Below are positions 27,001-35,329 of a stretch of 35,377 nt of DNA, in pieces (position 1 is the first letter of the stretch; each line of letters opens with the position of its first letter). Origin of the DNA: an uncultured Clostridia bacterium (GTDB lineage: Bacteria > Bacillota > Clostridia > TANB77 > CAG-508); assembly GCA_944386375.1 (NCBI GenBank), contig CALXAW010000001.1, positions 1 to 35,377 on the forward strand, in the 5' to 3' direction. The notes below the pieces were generated by a model. It made no database searches, had not been told where the DNA came from, and was given only the letters and a program-made list of their open reading frames with translations. A program made the position numbers and the translations under genes.

Positions 27001-28175
27001 TCTCCTACAAAGTGTAATTTTGATGTATCTATACCACTTCCTTCAGTCCCACTTTCATTATTTTCCGCGGAGTTTTTGTCACTTTCCTCGTCTTCTTCAT
27101 TCTCTTCTTCGCCTTCTTCATAATCTCCAAAACCACCTGTTCCGCTTCCTTGTCCATTGTTATATTTAAAAGTCATTGGATCAATTGCTACTCCATTAAA
27201 TTCTATTTGAAAGTGCAAGTGATTACCTGTTGATACACCTGTACTACCAACTAATCCAATAGCTTGTCCCTTTTCTATTTCATCTCCTGCTTTAACATTA
27301 GGAGTTGTTAACATATGAAAATATTTACTTACATATCCATTTCCATGGTCTATAGTAACATAATTTCCAATTGCTGCATCGAATCCTGCAAGCTTCACTG
27401 TACCTTTCTCACATGCATATATATTTTTACCCCCAGCAGCTCCTATATCAATCCCTTCATGGTAAGAAGTTGCACCATATGCTGGTGCTGATCTATACCC
27501 AAATGGTGATGTTATGTAGACAATTTCCGGATCTACTGGCCAACACAAATTAGGTCCATTGTAATTTATTGAACCAGAAACTCCACTACTACCTTTTTGT
27601 ATCGTAAAGTGAGATAAAACTGCATCTCTGTCTGCATCACTTCCTGTCATATTATATTGTTCTACTAAATGATAAAATCTATCTGGTTCTATATATGTAA
27701 GAGTTTTTACAGTACCATCATTGTCTGCTCTTCTAAATTTAATAATTCCTAGTGGATTATCTGCATCGACTTTTTCCCATTCAATTGGCTCATCTGGATT
27801 AGGTCTCATATCTGGAAATTGCGTCACTAATTCTGCATTCATAAGTCGTGCCAATTCTTCAGGTCCATCTAAATACAAGTCTACTCTCGAACCATTTGCT
27901 ATCATTTCATCCCATATTTCTTGAGCTGTCATGTTACTTGAAATTGTTCCGTCATTACTTACAGTAATATTATTTGAATATTGATTTGATGCATAAGATG
28001 GGTTACTCCAATCATCTTCGCCTATACCATCAACCCATACAAATATATAATATGCAGCTGCTGCTAGTAATGTTGTGACAAGTGAAAAAATTAATACTAC
28101 TACTAGTAATGTCATTAAAAATGGTTTTATGAATCTTACAAAAAGATTTTTTAATACATTTTTTGCTTCTTCCAT
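24084..28175 (-). CDS. Giant membrane-anchored T4SS cell-wall hydrolase: M23 peptidase, SGNH/GDSL-like hydrolase, lysozyme-like (phage tail lysozyme type) and NlpC/P60 domains.
   Basis: M23: HEGIDIG ... GNHLHFQI. SGNH: HFVGDSW, NLGLNNP, GYHLTDEGY. Lysozyme-like: AAGVLGNIAWESGGFDP...GIGLCQWTGPRR. NlpC/P60: YYDCSSFVS, SGHVAIYLG, YVHAAS. N-terminal TM helix. The start ATG 28175 (AGGAG 7 nt upstream) is preferred over 28214. Confidence 0.85.
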   Translation of the reverse strand: MEEAKNVLKNLFVRFIKPFLMTLLVVVLIFSLVTTLLAAAAYYIFVWVDGIGEDDWSNPSYASNQYSNNITVSNDGTISSNMTAQEIWDEMIANGSRVDLYLDGPEELARLMNAELVTQFPDMRPNPDEPIEWEKVDADNPLGIIKFRRADNDGTVKTLTYIEPDRFYHLVEQYNMTGSDADRDAVLSHFTIQKGSSGVSGSINYNGPNLCWPVDPEIVYITSPFGYRSAPAYGATSYHEGIDIGAAGGKNIYACEKGTVKLAGFDAAIGNYVTIDHGNGYVSKYFHMLTTPNVKAGDEIEKGQAIGLVGSTGVSTGNHLHFQIEFNGVAIDPMTFKYNNGQGSGTGGFGDYEEGEEENEEDEESDKNSAENNESGTEGSGIDTSKLHFVGDSWIQGLSGKGIADTTYFDGIQGATANDFLNDDGNIININNYSDASAIVLNLGLNNPDSATSMQTLIDKLKEQYPNKKIYVVEVAHVASTYSGYISASELNNKIDTYNGTIRNYCNGKENVEFLEVASNIEGSDGWLKYSDSTGYHLTDEGYKIWYDSIISAIGGDSGSSTSTSTRKTHGYYAVIGTWTQVDGSFTWTDDNWEQATEDMGIDVVADGEAEKGTNEEVSVVNGTITSTKSSISITKVNYEEYVQNLTMPFDLLWSLLVIGEDKSFVFDMADLAYNSTIEITIFDNITINTNIDNWTYGYQEKVEVEGTVTATGGNTTSEVKVEKHEHEGEPDPIMGGGEQTENTDGENTEENNNAEETDGTQTGSLSLEPSAVEVVSNKKIAATTIEDLLDQEPPTQEEVDDIINGDNNDNTENEQEEGENNNKEESEVEHTDDTVDDVAYYYIQNEVVTTTNTVTIALTRADVWMMDYRQEYTLAVETSNNNNGTLKPEDQEYKFLEKKQGPNEDYTCEEIESAKEEVKKKWSEDRRENGIGQGADMSAIARVTQDIDLTYYYRYVGQTDNVTNNIKVRKYIKGTPIITEKVDEHTAPNFVTLFNESDRMGTRSNIRSAASWLFEIMEHKESTSGTILDLIKYLLYKATDTDYGVTDFDFSIFLEANFSDVSGIVGNSIQEKLWFALLDIGYSKEQAAGVLGNIAWESGGFDPSIIEIGSGAGIGLCQWTGPRRTKLEEFAASRNTSWTDENLQIEFLLGELNPYGGADGFAEYQFLSYNGYTPSDFFNATTVEQATIAFCWTFERPSDPHMTERLSEAQKYYNMFKDQEAPSGASADSRIGEISLSENNKNRMIQMLNEALRIADDDKYQYSQALRYEEFYYDCSSFVSRLYQQFFGINPGNTTYDYGNSNYTTNLSENNLEPGDVLWSSGHVAIYLGNGQYVHAASPSSGICVTSLSDYNPFTRVYRFIN

Positions 28176-28206
28176 ATTTTTACTCCTATTCTTGCTAAAA
28201 TCTTTT

Positions 28207-29172
28207 TTACACATCCACTCTAAATTCTAATCTATTTTCATAATTTAGTGTATTGTTAAACTCTTGATATGCATTTGCATCTAATATTATGTCTGAAAAT
28301 ACTATTTGTTTTATTTCTCTATCATATACATATCCAGCATAAAATTTTATTGATATATCATTTGTATGTCCTACCTGTACTGTAAGCATAGGTACTGTTA
28401 ATTCTTGAGTATATGCAGAACTTGTTGAACCATTACTATCTTCTATATATAATGATTTTATTTCTTCTCTGCTATCTAACAATATTGTATTTTCTGTATT
28501 GTTTGTTACTTTTAATCTATATTCTACATAGTCTGAATATTGATTTGCATATAACACTTCTGCTTTTATATTATCATTTTCTGTTATTCTATTTATCTGT
28601 TTACGTCCTATAAAATTGTTTATATTTAATTTATATGTATCGTCTTGTTCTACTATTGTTATATAATCTTGTATAGCAGAACCCTCATTTGATTTTCCTG
28701 TTGAAAGTAAATCTTCTACCATTCGTACTTTATATGTACTTCCTGTCCAATTTTCTACTGTACAATTCTTTTTTTGGCCATTAAAGTTATTATTATAATA
28801 TATATTTCTAAAAATATCTATATTTTCGAACATTTCTTCTTTACATTCATTTGTAAGCATATTATAAGCATTTTCTATATCTCCATTATTGCAATATGTT
28901 AAAAAGTCGTCTATTAATGTTGTTTCTCTTTGTAATTTTTCTTGGCTTATGCTTTGCCCTGTAACTACAGACCTATTTGTAGTAACTGTAGAAGAATTTG
29001 TTTGTATTTTAGGCTCTTGTGTAATATTATTTGCATTTGCTATTTCTTCCTCTGTACCTCTTTTTACAAAGAAGTTTATAACTTGTATTACTAAAATAGC
29101 AGAGGCAATAATTATTACAATTCCCCATATTTTTTTCCTGTTTTGATTATAATATCGTATAAAACTGTTCAT
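28207..29172 (-). CDS. Bitopic T4SS-associated protein, a VirB8/TraM-like candidate (TM, NTF2-like domain, Ig-like beta domain).
   Basis: TM helix IWGIVIIIASAILVIQVINFF. IDDFLTYCNNGDIENAYNMLTNECKEEMF is NTF2-like. The C-terminal part YVEYRLKVTNNTENTILL... is a beta-sandwich-like pattern. RBS GGAGG. Confidence 0.55.
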   Translation of the reverse strand: MNSFIRYYNQNRKKIWGIVIIIASAILVIQVINFFVKRGTEEEIANANNITQEPKIQTNSSTVTTNRSVVTGQSISQEKLQRETTLIDDFLTYCNNGDIENAYNMLTNECKEEMFENIDIFRNIYYNNNFNGQKKNCTVENWTGSTYKVRMVEDLLSTGKSNEGSAIQDYITIVEQDDTYKLNINNFIGRKQINRITENDNIKAEVLYANQYSDYVEYRLKVTNNTENTILLDSREEIKSLYIEDSNGSTSSAYTQELTVPMLTVQVGHTNDISIKFYAGYVYDREIKQIVFSDIILDANAYQEFNNTLNYENRLEFRVDV

Positions 29173-29193
29173 AATTATTTACCTCCGCTTATA

Positions 29194-32106
29194 TTATTTT
29201 TTATTTGGTAATCTTAAATTAGTTCTGGCTTGTCCAATATTTTTACCAGCTTTTGCATCTAGGTATGCTTGTGATGCAGTCATTACAAATTTAGTTTGTC
29301 TTTTAGCTCGTTCTTCGTCTCCACCATATGCCTTCATAAATTTTTCATTTAATGTATCTGATATTTCTGTTCTATTTTTCTTAGTCATTGTTTGTGGATT
29401 TTTTCCACCCATTAATGATTCAGTTGTATCCATAATTGCTGTTGCATCCTCTACATTTCCTGCGTATCCTTTTTCTATTAAATTATGTCCTGCTATAATA
29501 TCATCTGCACTTGTTCTACCATTTCTTATAAATTGTTCTACTGTTTTATTGTCATATAATTCTTTAGTTTTAGTTGCTCCTATTTTATTGGCTATTTCTG
29601 CTTTTAAGTCATCATCTTTTAATTTTTCTTTTACTGCCTTTTCTTGCATTGCTTCTGGTGAATCGTAATATCTGCTATCATATGCGTCTTTTACATCTTG
29701 GCTTATATAGTCAGATGGTTTAAAACTACTACTTGCTACACTTTTTCCTGCTGCATATCCTGCTGTAGCTCCAATACCTGCTGCTGCCCATACTTTGCTT
29801 GGATCACCTGCTGCAATGGCAGCGGCTGTACCTAATCCCATTACAGCTGCTCCTGCTGGAATACCTACCATTGCTCCTGCTGCAGCTTTTCCTATAGCTT
29901 TTGGGCCTTTCTCTTTTGCTACTGCTCCTACTGCGCCCATTGCTGACTTAAATCTCTTCTTAGCATTTTCTCCTCTTGATGTAGGTCTTGCTATTTTTTT
30001 CTTTTCACCCTCATTAGCTCTATTTGCTACTGGTATACCAGCTATATTAGCACTACTTGTTCCTGCATTTTCTCCTTTTAATTTTTCTGGCTCTGATTGC
30101 ATTGTATCTTCCATTGCTGCTTGTTGCTCTGCATTTGCCATACGAATTTGGTCTGCTTCTAATGCTGCTTGAGCTTGTTGAGCCGCTATAATTTTTGCTT
30201 TTTCTTCAGCATTCTTTCTTTTTTGTTCTTCAATATAATTTCTGCTGTCCTCATCTTGCTTACCTGACAATCCATTATTATATTCATCTTCCATCTCTTT
30301 TATTGTCTTTCCCTCGTCCTCTAAGAATTTTAGCCTATCTGATTGTTCTTTTTTACTCATAGTTTGTTCACTTGGTAATGATGCTAATACTGAGTCTTTA
30401 TCGAAATTATGTGTTCTTGTAGATAGTAATGCTCCTGAAGAACTACCACTTTTACTTCCTCCTGAATTACTTGCAGAGGGATGCCCCTTAAATCCTTTAC
30501 CTAGCATACTAGAAACTTTATTTACAGCTCCAAACATTACTGCTGTTCCAGCAGGACCTGCAAGTAATGGTGCTGTATCTGCTTTTTGGAATCCAAATAA
30601 GCTACGTAATAATTTTTCTGCAGGTAGCATAAATCCAATTGCTACTAAACTATATACTACATTTTCTCCTGCCAACTCGAAAGCTGATGTTACTAATATA
30701 AAATATAGCAATAAATGCATTGGTTGTATAAGCAAATTAAATATGTATTCTTTAAGCCATTTATCAAACCCTTGAGCAGATCCATCACTTACTTTATCTA
30801 TACAATATGTTAATGCTACTAATGGTGCAATTATTGTTAAAAATGCCATATATAATAACCTTTTTAAATATGTAAATGTAAACATTAATGTAAATATTAC
30901 TAATATTAGGAAACATATTGCTAAACCTATATATTGCGAACCAGATGTATTAAATTGTAATGCTAGTCTTAAGTATCCCATTAAATTTGTAGTCCATACA
31001 TAATATTCTTGTCCATTTTCATCAACAACGTGATAATCATCTTCAGAAAGTGTTGTTTCTGCTAAAAACTCTCCTAATTTATCCATCTTTTCTTTATTAT
31101 CATCATCAACCTTCATTACATATTGATATACATTTTTGTCAACTGATGTTGCAACAATATCTGTTAATTTTTGTACCATAGTAACAGAAAATGCCATTAT
31201 ATAATGCATTAAAAATAATAAACAGAGCCCCACAAACCAATCTTTAAGCATTGTTAAATATTTAGCCTTATCACTTGCTACACTTGATAACAACATTCTT
31301 ATACCAATATACACTAATACAGAAAGCATTGCTACCAAGCAAATATTTCTAATTGTACTATACCATGAACTAATTGTGGATTGTAACATTTGTGCTGAGT
31401 CTTGTTTTGAAGTTATTACTGTTTCCCCATCTTCAGTTGTATAATAATAATAATCAACTACTTGTTCTCCTGTATTATTTCCATCTTCATCAGTTATATT
31501 CGATCTATGCTCATTTATATATATAGGTTCACCAAAAAAGTCAACATTAAATAATAATATATTTCCCTTAAATATTTCTTCTGGACTATATGAATAAGTT
31601 GGTAGATATAAATCTCCAGGTGTTGCACTTCCTTGACTCATCATTGCAGCTACTGAATTTGTAATAGCACTAGATGCTGCACTTGGTATTGTAACAAAAA
31701 GAAGTGAACCTGTAGTAACTGATGCAACAGTTGTTACTGCTGCTGCTGCTGCAACTGCTAACCAACCACCAGTAAGAAACAATCCTATTCCAACTGCTGC
31801 TGCTATTATAGCTCCAATAATAAATTGAAATACATCCCACCATGCGGAATTTAAGTCTGCATGCATCAGTGAACCGTCTATTCCCATTATAGCACTGTGT
31901 AATATACTCATTATTCCATCGCCAATTGTTACCAATAGTGACATTACCGGACTTAGTAGCTTGCCACCCCATTCAATTGCTAAACTTCCATCGTCGTCAT
32001 CTGCTGCCATTATTGGGTTTGCTGCTATAAATTGGAATAATAATACAATTAATAGTATAACTGCAATTTTTTGCCATATTTTCTTGTTAGTAAAAATCTT
32101 ACTCAT
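29194..32106 (-). CDS. virB6: VirB6/TrbL-like polytopic T4SS channel protein with signal peptide and a roughly 465-aa C-terminal extension.
   Basis: Signal-like N-terminus (…FQFIAANPIMAADDDD). At least 6 TM helices interspersed with a large loop. The size and position next to VirB4 match Tn916 Orf15, TcpH and ConG analogues. RBS AGGGGGA. Confidence 0.65.
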   Translation of the reverse strand: MSKIFTNKKIWQKIAVILLIVLLFQFIAANPIMAADDDDGSLAIEWGGKLLSPVMSLLVTIGDGIMSILHSAIMGIDGSLMHADLNSAWWDVFQFIIGAIIAAAVGIGLFLTGGWLAVAAAAAVTTVASVTTGSLLFVTIPSAASSAITNSVAAMMSQGSATPGDLYLPTYSYSPEEIFKGNILLFNVDFFGEPIYINEHRSNITDEDGNNTGEQVVDYYYYTTEDGETVITSKQDSAQMLQSTISSWYSTIRNICLVAMLSVLVYIGIRMLLSSVASDKAKYLTMLKDWFVGLCLLFLMHYIMAFSVTMVQKLTDIVATSVDKNVYQYVMKVDDDNKEKMDKLGEFLAETTLSEDDYHVVDENGQEYYVWTTNLMGYLRLALQFNTSGSQYIGLAICFLILVIFTLMFTFTYLKRLLYMAFLTIIAPLVALTYCIDKVSDGSAQGFDKWLKEYIFNLLIQPMHLLLYFILVTSAFELAGENVVYSLVAIGFMLPAEKLLRSLFGFQKADTAPLLAGPAGTAVMFGAVNKVSSMLGKGFKGHPSASNSGGSKSGSSSGALLSTRTHNFDKDSVLASLPSEQTMSKKEQSDRLKFLEDEGKTIKEMEDEYNNGLSGKQDEDSRNYIEEQKRKNAEEKAKIIAAQQAQAALEADQIRMANAEQQAAMEDTMQSEPEKLKGENAGTSSANIAGIPVANRANEGEKKKIARPTSRGENAKKRFKSAMGAVGAVAKEKGPKAIGKAAAGAMVGIPAGAAVMGLGTAAAIAAGDPSKVWAAAGIGATAGYAAGKSVASSSFKPSDYISQDVKDAYDSRYYDSPEAMQEKAVKEKLKDDDLKAEIANKIGATKTKELYDNKTVEQFIRNGRTSADDIIAGHNLIEKGYAGNVEDATAIMDTTESLMGGKNPQTMTKKNRTEISDTLNEKFMKAYGGDEERAKRQTKFVMTASQAYLDAKAGKNIGQARTNLRLPNKK

Positions 32107-32125
32107 TAGGTTTGTCCCCCTTAAT

Positions 32126-34084
32126 TTAGTTCTTTCTCATTTTTGCTAATTGGTTTAAGTTTGTTTCTACAAACTCAAATTCTTTTTTCGTTGGCATAAT
32201 TTTCAAAATAGCAGTATCTGCTCCTACTTTTAGTAATCCCTCTCCTCTTTGACAGGTTACTAAAAAGTTTGCTTCTCCGTCTGAAAGTTTAAATACTTCC
32301 TTTAAATACTGTATTTCTGATTTATCTTGCGCTAAAAATAGTTTTGTGTCTGAAGATGTTAGTACTGCTTGTGCTTCTGGTTTTTCGTAAAAGTCTTGGA
32401 ACCTTTGCGAAATTATAGCAAGTGATACATTTCTTTTTCTTGCACGTCTTGCCATTTTGTTTAAAAAGTCTACGGCTTCTGGGTATGGAAGTAACATCCA
32501 TGCCTCATCAACTAACACTCTTTTTTTACTTGCTTTTGTTTTGTCTTCACTATTTTTCTTAACAAATTTTTCCCATATCCAAGAAAGCAATATTTGTTGT
32601 GCAAGTGGTCTTGCAAATCTTTCTTCTAGTTGAGAAATATCTAAGTTTATAAATGGTGCTCCATCTAAAAGTTCAAATGTAGATTGTCCATCAAAATATG
32701 CCATTTGCCCATCATATTCTCTTATGTATTGCTTCATAACTTTTAGCAAATAACTATAATGGAATTTATAGTCTTGGTTGTCATTTTCTTGTGCTTTTGC
32801 TTTTATTCTTCTGTACCAACTTCCTATTGTTGGCATTTTCTTTTTTTGTTTTGCAAGCATATTTCCTCTTGCAACACCTCTAGCATCTTGTTGATATAAA
32901 CTATTTGGGTCACTGGTTATACCAAGTGATGCATATTCTTCTGCTACTGCTTCTGCTATTATTTGTTTTGTAAGCTCATTTACCTCTACACTTCTTGTAC
33001 TACCTTTTGCCATTGTAAGTAACCCTTGTGTTACGTCTTCTACTTTATTTTCTATGTTTAACACTGTTCTGTCTTTTCCTGTTATTTCGTCTTTTATTGT
33101 TTCTGTTTCAACATCAAATATATTTATTACTGTTTTTGATGTTGGGCTTATTACTACATTTATTCCTCCAAGGCTTTCTGCAACTATTGTATACTCACCT
33201 TCTGCATCTAGTGCCAAACTTTCTATTCCCATTAGCACTGATGACCTAGATACTAAAGTTTTCATTGTAACAGATTTACCTGCACCAGATTTAGCAAATA
33301 TAACCATATTATAGTTTGTAAGTGAACTATGAAAATTGTCAAATAATATTGGTGTTCCTGTTTGCTTATTAAAACCTAGGGGTACGCCTGTTGGGTGCCC
33401 TATTTCTGATGTTGTAAACGGAAATACTGTTCCCATTGAGTTTCTGTCAAATGTATGTGTTTTCTTTAATTGGTCATCCATTAGTGGTAAATTAGATTGA
33501 AATGCTTCTTCTTGCAATCCCCATGCTGTTTTTATTCCTACTAATGTTTTTGACATTTCTGTTGCTAATAGTTTTGTGTATCTATCTAAATCTTCTAAAC
33601 TATATGTAAATAATGTTGCTACAACAGATGCTTCATATAGTTTATTAAATCCTGCTGCTATTTCGTCTCTTAGTCTTTCTGCTTCTAGTCTTTTTTGTGT
33701 TATAGTACTTTCTCTGTTTATATTACCTTTGTCCATTGCCACGATTCTTTCTGTTTCTAGCTCATTTATTACTCTATTCAATTCATTTTGTGACCTATCC
33801 TCTTTTATTGGATTTATATATACAGATGCATTTAAATCTCCAAAAAGGTACATATCTCTAAACAATTCTGGGAAAGTACACATTCTAGGAAGAGTTGATA
33901 CAAAAAAACTTCTTGCATATCTTTTAGTATTAGATATTATTTCTAAGTGATCTATATTAGAAGCGTCTATTCCAGATGGTGCAATTAAATCTTTTATTGT
34001 TTGCCCTTTTAGAAAATTTGTGTATTCTTCTTCGTTATGCTGTTGTTTTTCTTCTTCTAGTTGTTGTTTTTTGTTTTTCTTCAT
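32126..34084 (-). CDS. virB4: VirB4-family T4SS ATPase (TraE/PrgJ/TrsE type).
   Basis: Walker A FAKSGAGKSVTMK. Also LDAEGEY. Walker B KRVLVDEAWMLL. Also RARKRNVSLAIISQRFQDF. The N-terminal domain LIAPSGID...YARSFFVSTLP...ASVYINP is typical of Gram-positive VirB4. RBS GGAGGAG. Confidence 0.9.
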   Translation of the reverse strand: MKKNKKQQLEEEKQQHNEEEYTNFLKGQTIKDLIAPSGIDASNIDHLEIISNTKRYARSFFVSTLPRMCTFPELFRDMYLFGDLNASVYINPIKEDRSQNELNRVINELETERIVAMDKGNINRESTITQKRLEAERLRDEIAAGFNKLYEASVVATLFTYSLEDLDRYTKLLATEMSKTLVGIKTAWGLQEEAFQSNLPLMDDQLKKTHTFDRNSMGTVFPFTTSEIGHPTGVPLGFNKQTGTPILFDNFHSSLTNYNMVIFAKSGAGKSVTMKTLVSRSSVLMGIESLALDAEGEYTIVAESLGGINVVISPTSKTVINIFDVETETIKDEITGKDRTVLNIENKVEDVTQGLLTMAKGSTRSVEVNELTKQIIAEAVAEEYASLGITSDPNSLYQQDARGVARGNMLAKQKKKMPTIGSWYRRIKAKAQENDNQDYKFHYSYLLKVMKQYIREYDGQMAYFDGQSTFELLDGAPFINLDISQLEERFARPLAQQILLSWIWEKFVKKNSEDKTKASKKRVLVDEAWMLLPYPEAVDFLNKMARRARKRNVSLAIISQRFQDFYEKPEAQAVLTSSDTKLFLAQDKSEIQYLKEVFKLSDGEANFLVTCQRGEGLLKVGADTAILKIMPTKKEFEFVETNLNQLAKMRKN

Positions 34085-35282
34085 TTTCGTCTCCTCCTTT
34101 TTCTTTAGTCTTTTTTGTTTTTTTAGACTCTTCGTCTATTTTCTTTTTAGCTTCTTCTGCATTTTCTTTTCCTACAAAGTCTTCGTTTTCTTCTATCATC
34201 ATTTTTGCCATTCTATTTACTAAGTCGTCTAAATTGTTTTCTTTTTTACGTATTTCTCTTTCTTTTTCTCTTTCTTCTGCTACTTCATGTAATGTGTCAT
34301 TTGCTTTTCTTATTGCTTCTTCTTCTATCTTTTTATCTAGTTCTGCCATTTTTCTGTCTAATACATCTTGTGCTGTTGTATATAGTTCGTCATATTGTGC
34401 ATTTAATGCTTGCTCTAGCTGGTATACCTCTGATTCGTCTCTGTTATATGCAACATATAATAATTCTGCAAGTTCATTAGAGTTTAGTATTTTTCCATTT
34501 ATTCCACATACTGCAAGTGAACTTATTATAGATTGTCCTCTTGTGTATAATTCATTAAATGCTATGTCTTTTACTTCTTCTTTACTAAAGTTTGGATTAT
34601 TAACTTCTTCTGGTGTATATGATATTATTACATAATAATGTTTTCTTAATATATTTTTATTTAAGCTCATTCTTTCTGTAGTAGTTATTATGTCTCTACC
34701 ATATTCATACAAGTTTCTTTCTCTTACTACTTCCATATTTTCTTTTTGTATTTCTTCTTCTGTATAGTCTCCAGATGACATCATAGAATTTAATTCCATC
34801 TGTTTGCTTACTAGTCTATCTTGTATTTGTTTTAATCTATCTTTATAATTTACAATACTACTACCTAAGTTTACTGTTCTGGTTTGTACATATATTTGTA
34901 TTGGATGTCTTAATGTATTTAAAAATTGTAAAAATCCTTGTTCTACACTTACTTTTTCTACACCTGACATTAAGTCATAGTTTATACCTTGACATTCTAT
35001 TGCCATTACAAATCTTTTTCCTTTTTTGGTTATAATCATGTTATCTTCTATTCTATCAAACTGCATAAAAGAAAATATAGATTTTTTGGTATATTCTATT
35101 GGTTCTTTTTCTGGTGTTTCTCCATCTTTTCCGTTACTTTTAGTTTTATTTTTTTTAGGCTTATTTTTATTGCTTTCTTTTATTTTTAATACTGCAAATA
35201 TTATTAAAAGAATAAATAATATACCAACCATTACAATTAAAAATATTGTTAATAAATTTGTTATTTGGTCATTATTGCTCAT
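34035..35282 (-). CDS. Bitopic T4SS protein: N-terminal TM helix, a VirB4-N-terminal-domain-like region without a P-loop, and a charged coiled-coil tail.
   Basis: TM helix LLTIFLIVMVGILFILLIIFAVL. KKGKRFVMAIECQGINYDLMSGVEKVSVEQGFLQFLNTLRHPIQIYVQT resembles the N-domain of Tn916-Orf16/TcpF-type VirB4 (recollected DINYQL...F..W..FLN...Q pattern). No GxxxxGK[ST] anywhere. RBS AAGGAGGAA. It overlaps virB4 by 50 nt. Confidence 0.6.
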   Translation of the reverse strand: MSNNDQITNLLTIFLIVMVGILFILLIIFAVLKIKESNKNKPKKNKTKSNGKDGETPEKEPIEYTKKSIFSFMQFDRIEDNMIITKKGKRFVMAIECQGINYDLMSGVEKVSVEQGFLQFLNTLRHPIQIYVQTRTVNLGSSIVNYKDRLKQIQDRLVSKQMELNSMMSSGDYTEEEIQKENMEVVRERNLYEYGRDIITTTERMSLNKNILRKHYYVIISYTPEEVNNPNFSKEEVKDIAFNELYTRGQSIISSLAVCGINGKILNSNELAELLYVAYNRDESEVYQLEQALNAQYDELYTTAQDVLDRKMAELDKKIEEEAIRKANDTLHEVAEEREKEREIRKKENNLDDLVNRMAKMMIEENEDFVGKENAEEAKKKIDEESKKTKKTKEKGGDENEEKQKTTTRRRKTTA

Positions 35283-35329
35283 CTTTTATTTCCTCCTTTG
35301 TATACACATATATTCTATTTTTCTTTTGT

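Noticed and set aside
29795-30172. 125-aa Ala/Pro-rich plus-strand ORF. Similar antisense ORFs occur at 33976-34635, 34020-34223, 10078-10590, 1016-1677, 8553-9257, 13883-14233 and 25218-27924.
   Set aside because: All lie inside long, motif-supported minus-strand genes and are composition artefacts of the opposite strand. None has a convincing RBS or a recognisable motif.
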